Assembly (NCBI GenBank): GCA_012295275.1
Contig: CM022670.1
Location: forward strand, 30,442,001-30,506,000
Source: Chrysomallon squamiferum
Taxonomy: Eukaryota > Animalia > Mollusca
Reading direction: 5' to 3'
Length of the DNA stretch: 64,000 nucleotides
Shown in pieces: positions 54,470 through 64,000 of this stretch (the first letter of the stretch is position 1; each line of letters starts with the position of its first letter). Under the pieces are notes generated by a model. That model had not been told where the DNA came from and made no database searches. It saw only the letters and a list, made by a program, of their open reading frames with translations. The translations under genes were made by a program, and so were the position numbers.

Positions 54470-54559
54470 CTCTACAAAGAAGGCTTCCTTCAAACTGATG
54501 GGAATGCCATGTAATGGTCCTTTCTTCTTTGTTTCAAGATCACATGCTCTTGCTAAAGC
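54470..54559 (-). CDS. FAAH: FAAH-A exon 5, catalytic Lys (ALARACDLETKKKGPLHGIPISLKEAFFVE)
   Basis: 90 nt, GPLHGIPISLKE amidase motif. Confidence 0.95.
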
Positions 54560-54787
54560 CTGTATTATAAAAATTTCAGAATATCAACAGAGATTTAAAA
54601 AAAAAAAAACCTAATTTTTTATTATTAGACACTTAATATATGCACTATATACAACAACAAAAATAATGATAAGAAGAGGTAAAGGCAAAGATTTTAAATA
54701 TAGTACAAATAAATATCACTTCAAAAATCAAATATAGATAAAAGATTTAAAATAATTATTAATAATCAGTATAAAACAATATTGTAC

Positions 54788-54844
54788 CTCTGCTTCCCAA
54801 ATAGGTTCAACAACACAGTTCAAATTTTGATGCATCTGCATTGC
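54788..54844 (-). CDS. FAAH: FAAH-A exon 4 (AMQMHQNLNCVVEPIWEAE)
   Basis: 57 nt, phase 0/0, LNCV motif. Confidence 0.9.
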
Positions 54845-55391
54845 CTAAAAATATAAAAGTATAAAAATATAAAAATAAAAGAAATAATAACAATAATAAA
54901 TCTATTAAAAAAATAAAAATAAAAATATAACAAGCAATAAGAATTTAGGAAATATCCATTAAATGTTATATGTAAGAAATAAAACTATCTTTTTGAAAAA
55001 CATATATATTTCTGCATGCTTATTGTTAGAAACTATGATACACTGAATGACAACCAAAGTTGAAAAATTTACTAAAAAGTATTTTTAAATTTAAATGTAT
55101 TAAAAACATTTGGTTTTCAGTTAAACTTAGGTTTTTAAAATACTTATTCAAAAGGATTTTAATTTTTTTAATTTTTTGTTTTATTAATAATATAAAAAAT
55201 ATAAAAAATAAATTGCCCATTTTTTTTACATAACAGTTTTTAACTAGCATCTGATAGTGACTTTCTTTTTAAAGTGTATTCTTTACATAAAATTAAAAAA
55301 ATAAATAAATAAATGATACAAAATAACTATTTTATGTAAGATACCTATAGCCAAAGAATTTCTGTTTAGTTGTATAATCTTATTTCCATAC

Positions 55392-55505
55392 CTTTGACTG
55401 ATAAGCTCTGAGCACTTCCATAGCTTTCAGTTCACCTGTCTGTAATTTTTTCTGTAGTTGTGCTAAACTGATTTCTAAAATTCTGTCTCTATGAACAGAT
55501 GTCAC
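55392..55505 (-). CDS. FAAH: FAAH-A exon 3 (VTSVHRDRILEISLAQLQKKLQTGELKAMEVLRAYQSK)
   Basis: 114 nt, phase 0/0, canonical sites, amidase N-terminal motif. Confidence 0.93.
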
Positions 55506-55770
55506 CTGAAGAAAAAAAAAAAAAAAAAAAAATTATTATAATATGTAAACTTATTGAATATATATATATATATATACTGTCTACAAAATTTACTGAATTT
55601 TATGTTGACACTGTACTATAACAAACATGAAGAAAAGGTAGGGAATACTGACCTACAAAAACAAAGTTGAATACATATGCTATACTATTACTTAGTAATA
55701 TTTATAAAAGCTGACATATCGATATTATAATAAAAATATTTTGGAAAAAGTAAGCTACATGTAAACATAC

Positions 55771-55974
55771 GCCTTCTGTTTTAAGCTGATCTAGTAACAG
55801 CTGAAATGATTTCTTCAGGAACTCCTGTTTTGTCTGAATTTTCTTTTCTATCTTGCGGTTCTTTCGCATATGTAGAAGAGCATAACATCCAAGGCAGACT
55901 ACAAATGCAGTGCCTGCAACTTGCTTACAAATGTCACTAAAAATGTCTGTGTCCAACATAATTATGTGCATCAT
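55771..55974 (-). CDS. FAAH: FAAH-A exon 2, N-terminal transmembrane segment
   Basis: TGTAG|ATG...GGC|GTATGT, 204 nt. VAGTAFVVCLGCYALLHM followed by basic residues. Confidence 0.88.
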
Positions 55975-56108
55975 CTACAGTAAATAAAAACAAACTATGA
56001 AAAGAAAAAAAAAGGTATAAAAGGAGAAAAGGATTGAACATGCTATATTTATATAAAGAGTAGACCTGTATTATTAAGTTAACCCTAAAAGGTGTTAATA
56101 TAAACTTA

Positions 56109-56856
56109 CAGGAAGTGTACATTTATTGAATCTGAACCTAAACTGAAACTCTGGTATTTCTCAGCCCCTGATTGTTTGAAAGGTGTTTTGCCACAATTGT
56201 GTGATACCTTGGTCGACATCATGCATTTTGTGACAGATGCAAAAATGATGAAGAAAAATCTTATTTCGCCCATATAAATTTAATTTTTTGCTATTTTTGT
56301 AGGTGTATAGTGCTGGTGGATATATAGGATATATATTGAAAAAGCTGACTTTCAATCTGCCTTCCAAAAAAGTTCATGCAAGTATTTTTATGTCTTTTGT
56401 CATACTGAACCACCATGCCATCGCTATACTAAACTACCAGTTGAAATTCTGTAGCATTTGGCCCTGCAATCCAAATATATGGTCTGATGCAACCAGATTT
56501 GAAGTGTAAAGTTCATGTACAGTGTCCAAACAAGAGAACTCCTCGTCAGAGAGACATCATAATCATGGTGATAGCAACAACACTAACGAACCTGACAATC
56601 AACCCAAACCAGAACAGAACTGTGCTCCACCTGAATCCATAAATGAAAATTTAGACAGAGAGAAGAGCACTGTATGCCACAAGGACCTGACATTAGCACA
56701 ACTAATGTCCCTTTTACCTCTTGAAACTAATACAAACAAATCTGTATGGTTGATACTTCTACAGAGCCATAAACAGCAAGACACCATAACTTCAAAATAC
56801 TGCTAGAGCAATGAAGGTCATAAGTTTTGGGGTTCAATATATGCACACTTCCCCTA
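56109..56856 (+). mobile_element. Same pogo-like family, copy 2, in FAAH-A intron 1
   Basis: Shares the TIRs and internal blocks (e.g. LAQLMSLLPLETNTNKS, HKQQDxITSKYC) with 34495-35332. Internal deletions differ. Confidence 0.85.
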
Positions 56857-57029
56857 TGTACATAGATATATAATTTATTTTTTTAATTTTTTTTCCCTTT
56901 ATTATTTTTATTTTTTCAAAGTTGTAACTTATTTTTGCAGTAAAAGAACTAGTCAAGAATTTTTTTGTTTATCATAACTATTCCTATTTCTGCAAAAAAC
57001 ATGTCACTGCATACAACTTTGAAGTCTGC

Positions 57030-57690
57030 GCCACTAACTAATGTAAATGTGCTAAGCTAAGCAATAAAAATTAATAACAAAATTAATACAAAATAATAGG
57101 TTTAGCATTATCAAGAGATATCGTAAATTCAATGCAATGTCACGAATGTGTTGTGATGATAACTAATTTTATTTATAAAACTTACTGAATCCATGATTGT
57201 TAGTTATGTTTGCTGATGCAATCGTGAATACTTCTTAGTGAACGTAAATCCAACACGAACTTGATCTAGTCATATAAATACTAACCCTGGTTTTTCTCGA
57301 TTACAGATTTGTTTGCGGGAAATTCGAATTCGTTGCAATAATTATTAATTATAATAATAACTGCAACAGATAAAAAAAAAAAAAAATTCAGGGTTTATGA
57401 AATGGTTAGAGAGTAGTTTATAAAAATGTGGTTTTCCGAGGTTTCTTCACACAGCGAAATAATTTGTAAACACAATCTCTATGTCATTTACGTCGATGAA
57501 CAAAGCACCACACCCCACATCCATTTTATGTTTTTAAATGTCAATTCCGCCAATGCAATGCGTAACTAACGAATCTTTTTAATCGCAGCTCTGCATTTCA
57601 ATTCACGACTTTGCTTTACAGTTACGTCCTCGCGCATTTTCCGGTTTTTTTTTTTAGCTGAGGACTAATGCATTTGACCATGCGTATAAT
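57030..57690 (-). promoter_or_regulatory. CpG-retaining promoter region of FAAH-A
   Basis: Local rise in CG dinucleotides around and upstream of the first exon, between CpG-poor gene bodies. Confidence 0.5.
57186..57194 (-). CDS. FAAH: FAAH-A exon 1 coding part (MDS)
   Basis: AATC-ATG GAT TCA|GTAAGT, phase 0, in frame with the next exon. Lies in a local CpG-rich patch. Confidence 0.65.
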
Positions 57691-57695
57691 TGTTA

Positions 57696-57760
57696 TACAT
57701 TTTAAAGTTAAATTTTGATAGACAATAATAGTGTCTATGAAAATTTAACTTTAAAATGTA
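57696..57760. repeat. Inverted repeat, 29-bp arms, 7-nt loop
   Basis: TACATTTTAAAGTTAAATTTT(G)ATAGACA pairs with the right arm, one mismatch. Confidence 0.85.
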
Positions 57761-60348
57761 CCATAACACATTAATTTAACCAAGATACAAAAATCGTAAT
57801 TATTTATGCACAGTTAACATTGTTGTGCACAAAAGTGTATTAATTTAATACTTTGAGGTATGGTTAGTAGTGCACACTGAATGTATCTGGAATACATAAC
57901 AAAAAATAAATGTAGAATACAGAAATAATAGCCATTGTTTCCCATTCTATAAAGGTCAGATTACATAATGTTGAAAAGTAATCAGAGGGGAGTAAGTCCT
58001 AACAAGATAGATTAAGATGACTGCCTCCTATTGGGAGCTTTCGTTAGCACTGGGTACTGTATGGTCATGTGACGTGACCATATATGGCGACTACTGCATG
58101 GATTTTAAGGAAAGACACTCTCAAAAAGCAAAGGTTGCACATTGGCCTTGGACCTTAAACAGTTGCTGCTAGTGAAGATGGCAGCACCGGTCATATGGAG
58201 GTTTTTGTATTGGTTTGATGTTTTCAGTTTTACAATTATAGAATTTTTATTGTGATTTGTTTTATGAACCTGGTCAGTTTGTCCTCCTTGGAGATGAGTT
58301 ACCATGTTGTAAATGTTAACATTGCTATATCAGGAATAACTTAATATTAAAGCCCTTGTTTGTTTATTCCCTAGACAGTGATATATATTACGTACATATA
58401 TTATTATAATAAATTATACCACCCTCACGAGATCCGCTTGCCCCTGACCCTGTTATATAAACAAACAAAAATAAAAAACAAGTTCAAATATTTAGCAATC
58501 CATTATCTACAACTTTCTGCTGTTATTGAAATGATTTCTTAGATATTTTACCTTTTATTTATATTATAATTGTTTTGTCATTTCCTTTTATATTATAGAT
58601 AAAATTACAGTGAAATAATAAAAGAAAAAAACATGAAAATCTCAATAACAATGTTTATTTTAAAATAAGATACAAAGTTTATATTAGATTTAAAAAAAAA
58701 TGCTTATGAATTATGTTACAAATATATATATATATATATATATAAATGGCTATGCATCTATTTCGGTTTTCAGACATTTTCACATGGACACACCTTATGG
58801 GCTAAGGTTATAATTTATAAAGCTTTATAATGATTACAGAAAATGTGATAATAATAAAATAGAAATAGAGGTTCCTAGTTCATCCGTGTAAAAAAAAAAA
58901 AAAAAATTAAATTATTATACTAAAACTTGTATGAAAATACAAAAAATAATACTAAAATAAAATATAAATTTTTAAAAAATACAAAAATAATCTAGTCAGT
59001 TCTGTTTTCTGCTGACTTTATAAACAGTTGATTATTTTTCATTTATTTATTAACTTTAGGTTTATTTTTGGAAAAGACTGATTTTTTTTTGTATAGCCTT
59101 GTTAAAAAGAATCTCTCACTCTCTCTCTCCGTCATATATATATATATATTTAACAGTATAAAAACAATATACCAGTAACAGAAAAATATGAAACATATTT
59201 ATCTACAACACAATTATATCACTGAAATTTCATTATTTTTCTTGTGTATACCTAATGTTTCTTTTTAAAATGCATTGCAACAATCTTTTTCTGTTAAACT
59301 ATTTAAAGAAATAATTGAGTAAATAACTATGTAAAATAAGGTGCATATTAATCAGATTTCACTATCTACCACAACTATTTTGGTATCTACGTTAATTGGG
59401 TAATAATATCAATAGCATCACAATTGTTGATTTTCAGAGAAACAGTTTTAAACCCACATATTAGTTAATAATTATGAGAGATTGTTATCTGCTGCTGCAA
59501 TGATTTATTGAAACAGGGAAAAAGAGGTTTTTATTACAACTCAAAACCAGCCCGACAAAGAATGTCAATTTTAAAAAAATAGAAGAAATAAAAAAAGAGA
59601 AAAATATTGCTGTAAAAATATGTGCTACTGATAGTATACAAATTTAATTTATAAACAAATCTTAAAATTTCCTTAAAAATAATGGTCTTTTTCACTTATT
59701 GTGGTAATTAATTTTGCATAGACACAAAACAAAAAGAACAACAAAAAAATAATAAAAATAACTGCATAAAACCCCCAATAAAAGAAAACAAAAACCATCC
59801 CAATACTGATTACACTAATAATCATAAAATATCAAACATATTTAAAAAAATTTAAATGACAGTTCCATTTTTGCCTTTTTCATATGACATTAAATTACAG
59901 TATCTTTCTAAAGCATAACTATAACTCTGGATTTAATCTTTTTGAAAATGATGTTAATTTATTTCCATTTTAGTTTTTAACATTTCATTTGGAAAATGAA
60001 TTAATCTGAGCAGTTTTCAGTCTGTGATAAATTAAAGATCAAATCACTGGATATTTATTTCCTAATCAAATTCATTATCTGTCATACATTTAAAATAAAT
60101 GTTCATTATGTTTTTTGAATGAAAGAAAATAATGTTTTCGTTTGTTTAATAACAGCAATTCTTTGAATGAAACCTAGAATATATTTCATTATTTTACCAT
60201 TCCAGTTTCAAGCACAATAAATCTGAACAAATTTCTGCCTATTTGGGGAGATAGCTACATAAATTGCTTCCATCAAAATGATAATTTCAGTTTTTTAAAG
60301 TAAATTATATAATTCTTTTCTATCTTGGCCATTTTATCGCCTTCATAA

Positions 60349-60465
60349 TCAAATTGACTGTAGTCCTGTTTCAATGTCTTTCATGATTCGAAGAACAAGT
60401 TCTTCTTGAAATGGCTGAGCGACACACTGTACACCCACTGGTAAACCCTCTCCACCTTCACACGC
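60349..60465 (-). CDS. FAAH: FAAH-B last coding exon (ACEGGEGLPVGVQCVAQPFQEELVLRIMKDIETGLQSI*)
   Basis: 117 nt to TGA, GLPVGVQ motif. Confidence 0.95.
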   Translation of the reverse strand, partial: ACEGGEGLPVGVQCVAQPFQEELVLRIMKDIETGLQSI

Positions 60466-60845
60466 CTGAAAATATAAACAGTGTAAGTTTTGCTATTAAT
60501 AAATATATATTGTATACTGTATAAATATTGATATGTACACTGTAATAAGGTATGTACACACCTACAACTATCCATGTTAAAAAAAAAAGCATCAGTAACA
60601 TTATATTTTCACCATTAACAATATAATAATAATAATAATGATAGTAATAACTACAACAAAAAGTGTAACATAAAAAGCAATATGACCACCACTACTTTTA
60701 CTGCTACTTCTATTACTATGGCTTCGACCAGTAATAAAAAACAATTATAATAATGACAGAAACAATAATATTACTATTAATGTAAATGATAACTTTAAAA
60801 AATGTTGTAAAAAGCACTGATTAAAAGTATCTGCACCCTGGTCAC

Positions 60846-60994
60846 CTTGCTAATAACCTTTTCTTGTAAAGTGTGAGGTTGAAAAATTTCAGGATTTTTC
60901 AAATTTTGAATATCTTCAGTAGTGACGTTTGTTACAGGTACTGATCCAGAGGGGTAATTCAGCAAGTTATAGAGCTGACACCATGACCCAGCGA
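60846..60994 (-). CDS. FAAH: FAAH-B exon (AGSWCQLYNLLNYPSGSVPVTNVTTEDI...VISK)
   Basis: 149 nt, phase 1/0. Confidence 0.93.
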
Positions 60995-61441
60995 CTGAAA
61001 AACAACATAACAAAATACATCAATTATACACCAGAAAAAAAAAAAACCATTGCTTATATTTACTTTTTCTTTCCAGGTTCTTTTTTTGTGTGTTTTTTTT
61101 GTATTTTTTGGTTTGTTTTTATATTTGTTTGTTCATTTCAATTGTTTTTATTCTTTATATGAAACAGGAAACATACTTATTACAAAGTAATTATAACTAA
61201 AGAATTTTTTAATTGGATCTTTTAAAAAGCTACTATTCACCTATTCAAATAATTATATGATTACCGAATTAAAAAGAAAAGGTCTCAAATCTTTAGCATC
61301 TGCTTTGCTAACCAGAAATAAATAAAACATTATTCTGAAGTACACAGAATGTATTTAAACTATTTGCAAACAGCATCAAAGATCTATTTTAAAAAGATGT
61401 TAATGGTACCATTGTGTTAAATTAAGAGAAACATAAATTAC

Positions 61442-61553
61442 GCGATAACTTTGCAGCTATGTTGAGGGGCACAGCTGGACAGGGATAAACTGGGGCCACT
61501 ACAGCATCCAGATGAGAACTTCTCCATGTCTGTAGAAATTCTTCTTTATATTC
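61442..61553 (-). CDS. FAAH: FAAH-B exon (EYKEEFLQTWRSSHLDAVVAPVYPCPAVPLNIAAKLS)
   Basis: 112 nt, phase 0/1. Confidence 0.93.
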
Positions 61554-61731
61554 CTTTAAGAGAGTAAATAAAATTAAAATTAAAATAATAACAAAAATGT
61601 GGTTTTTGCCAGTCTGCCTTCAGTTCATAGTAAGCATTATTTCAAATAAAGAAATAATATTCCCAAAAGACCATGCTGAAAAAAAAAATAAAACTCAGCC
61701 AAACAACACTAACACAAACAATACCCAAAAT

Positions 61732-61778
<47 letters not shown>
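61732..61778. repeat. (AAC)n microsatellite
   Basis: Direct reading. Confidence 0.95.
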
Positions 61779-61780
<2 letters not shown>

Positions 61781-61931
61781 ATAATCATAAACAACAGGAT
61801 TTTTCATAACAAGTAAAACAATATTATTATTAAGGAGTAATACCTTTGCTTAAAATAACTTTTAAATATATATAAATAAATCTAATTCCTTTGTAGGAAG
61901 TTAAATATTTTTAAATCATTTTCATAAATAC

Positions 61932-61971
61932 CTCTATTTTTTCAGCTAGGTGGAACCAATCATAAACTGAT
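61932..61971 (-). CDS. FAAH: FAAH-B small exon (SVYDWFHLAEKIE)
   Basis: 40 nt, phase 2/0. LAEKI is shared with paralog A. Confidence 0.88.
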
Positions 61972-62405
61972 CTGAAAACACAGAATAAAATAAACTTTAA
62001 TTGATATAAACAATAATTAAAATAAGATTCAACAGTATTTACATTTTTCTAAAAAATTTATTTGTATAATTTGCAATGATTAAATTTATAAGAATTCATA
62101 AAAAAGGAACATTTAAAGGATATAAACTAATAGTCATCATCAAATCAGAAGTAGAAGAAGAAAAAAATCAAACATCATCAGTTGTCTTGGACTTGTTTTA
62201 TATTTTGTTTTTTGTCACACTTCATAATTAGTAAAGGCTGACAGACTCTCTTTGTCTAGTTGCCATCAATTATTTGTTGGTTGTTTTAGAAAAAAATAAC
62301 TTATTCAGTGTGATGTCAAATATTTAAATTAAAAATATCCATTGCTTGTTTTATTTAAATAATTAAATATTTTTCCTTCCTGGGTTTGAAGACAGAAATA
62401 ATTAC

Positions 62406-62449
62406 CTGACTCCACTGATATTTTTCAAGTAACCACTCAATAATGGATT
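62406..62449 (-). CDS. FAAH: FAAH-B small exon (NPLLSGYLKNISGVR)
   Basis: 44 nt, TTCCAG acceptor, AG|GTAATT donor, phase 0/2. Confidence 0.82.
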
Positions 62450-62790
62450 CTGGAAGATAAAGACTATTTTTGTGGATAATCAGATAATGTGATATTTTAA
62501 CTTAATAATGACTGAGTATTTACTTACTTTCACAAAATGAATTGTAATATTTTAAAATAATTTTAATCTCTATATTTTATTTATAACATACATTTAATTT
62601 TAATATGCTTTTTTTTTGAAGAACTGTTTTATATATTACTAAAAAATATGATAACAAAATAAATTTCTATATTTTCAGGCACTGAAATAAAATATAGTTT
62701 TTTGAGATGTAACTGTATTTACTTTGGTATACTACTTTTTATTTACACATATATACTGCTCATATAACTGAATTAAAAAAAGAAATTTAC

Positions 62791-62890
62791 CGATGGATAC
62801 AAGAACCAAGATAAAACCTTCAAAACACACTGAGGAAGACACAATATGTAAATTAACATTTTGCATGAATCATCCACATAGTCATTTTTC
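62791..62890 (-). CDS. FAAH: FAAH-B exon (KNDYVDDSCKMLIYILCLPQCVLKVLSWFLYPS)
   Basis: 100 nt, phase 2/0. Confidence 0.88.
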
Positions 62891-63388
62891 CTGTAATATT
62901 AAATTAATAGTTTAATGATTTCAGTATAAAGCACACGGTAATCATTGAAATATTTCTTTAGTATAGAACTATTTAATAGGTAAAGATTATTATGGAATTT
63001 ATAACAGTATTTTAAATGGCATGCACATTTAAAGTAGAAGAGCAATTCTCAAAAAAAAGAAGAAAAAAAAAGGAAATGATGAGATTTAATATAACAAACT
63101 AAGAATTTAACAATGTGATAATAATAAGTTAGTAAATAAAATATTTTTAGAAAAGTAACAGTGTCAAGAGTATTAATAAAATTAATTTGAAGAAAAGAAA
63201 AGAAAAATATCCTAATAAAATAAATGAATGCAATGAATAAATAAATATAGTAAATAAAATAAATAAAATGAATTTTAATGAATGAATGAATAAATGAATG
63301 AAAAGATGAATATCCAGCTTTTTCATTATTCTAAAATAAAAAGACAAAACATGGTTTTTTTTTCTAAGATAAGTTACAATTTTCTTAC

Positions 63389-63486
63389 AGTTTTTCAAGA
63401 TAAGATCTGACTCCATCTCCAGTCAATGCTTTAGCATACAGTGAAGTAATTGCTTTAGAAACATTTGGTGGCTCAAATGGAACAAC
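63389..63486 (-). CDS. FAAH: FAAH-B exon (VVPFEPPNVSKAITSLYAKALTGDGVRSYLEKL)
   Basis: 98 nt, TATAG acceptor, GTAAGA donor. Confidence 0.9.
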
Positions 63487-64000
63487 CTATACATAACAGA
63501 AAAGTAAGAAAAAAACTAAAAAACAATATTAATTTCTCAAGTAAAAATTATTTAATTTCTTTTAAATTTTTGTTCAAATGATGAAGTTATACAAAACAAT
63601 AAATTTAAAAATCAAGTATCTTCTTTGAGTAAAAAATGATTTAGTATTATTTACATATATTTTATATTGTTAAAAATGTTTTTTAAAATAAATGAAATGC
63701 ACTGTTAATATTACAACAGTATATACAATATCTGGTAGTCTTAAGACATTAACACAGTACTGATATGTATCTGAATGCTTACAGTATAAAACATCAAAGG
63801 TTTTTAAAGTTATCTATAAAATCAGAATCTTTATCATGATTATACATTGTGGATTAGAGTACCATATTTAATCACAAGCTTTACAAGGTCTGGGGTTATT
63901 ATACTACATAACACATATTATGTAAAAAGGCTTAAAACATCCATTTTTGGACATATCAAGGTTATATTATAAGCACTTGATTTTATTAAAACTACCGTAT

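Larger units (their letters stand above)
47846..57194 (-). other. FAAH: FAAH-like amidase gene, paralog A, complete (17 coding exons, 1761 nt, 586 aa)
   Basis: All exons join in frame with GT-AG sites. Amidase signature with catalytic Lys (GIPISLKE), cis-Ser (GGSTGG) and nucleophile Ser (DIGGSIR). N-terminal hydrophobic helix. Confidence 0.95.
60349..63486 (-). other. FAAH: FAAH-like amidase gene, paralog B, 3' part only (7 exons; 5' part beyond window end)
   Basis: Exons of 98, 100, 44, 40, 112, 149 and 117 nt join in frame and align to paralog A. Confidence 0.93.

Noticed and set aside
60300-60351. TGA stop of FAAH-B as selenocysteine or readthrough
   Set aside because: The stop aligns exactly with the TAG of paralog A, and no SECIS-like hairpin was seen.
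63993-64000. TA-CCGTAT at the window end resembling the TIR start of the 3884-5003 MITE
   Set aside because: Only 6 bp visible; cannot be confirmed without the next window.
1-64000. CRISPR array, rRNA, tRNA, snoRNA or a prokaryotic/viral insert
   Set aside because: No repeat-spacer array, no recognisable structural RNA and no long intronless foreign ORF found by eye. tRNAscan-SE and Infernal/Rfam would be needed to exclude small RNAs.

Overview
Eukaryotic, very AT-rich, microsatellite-dense animal DNA. It looks like an invertebrate, possibly a mollusc, but the taxon cannot be proven from this window. Three intron-containing genes lie on the minus strand. (1) A GLIS1/3-type five-C2H2 zinc-finger gene: coding exons 20174-20547, 12482-14029, 10084-10245 and 5916-6026, a likely distal first coding exon at 41649-41719, a candidate non-coding first exon ending at 30617, and a 3' end probably beyond the window. 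Its big exon carries one extra base, a +1 frameshift just before zinc finger 1. (2) A complete 17-exon FAAH-like amidase (47846-57194, 586 aa, Lys-Ser-Ser triad intact). (3) The last 7 exons of a diverged tandem FAAH paralog (60349-63486). Introns and the intergenic region hold several DNA-transposon relics: pogo/Tigger, Tc1, mariner-like, DD41D long-TIR, hAT and TTAA-flanked MITEs. Most notable: the GLIS frameshift, a SUFU-motif change (SYGHL to SFCHL), an intron lost in only one FAAH paralog, and sharp CpG-poor/CpG-rich domains. Two copies of one transposon show CpG decay mainly in the intragenic copy, the expected footprint of gene-body methylation. No rRNA, tRNA, CRISPR or clearly new biological system was found. 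Nearly all short ORFs in the track are microsatellite noise.
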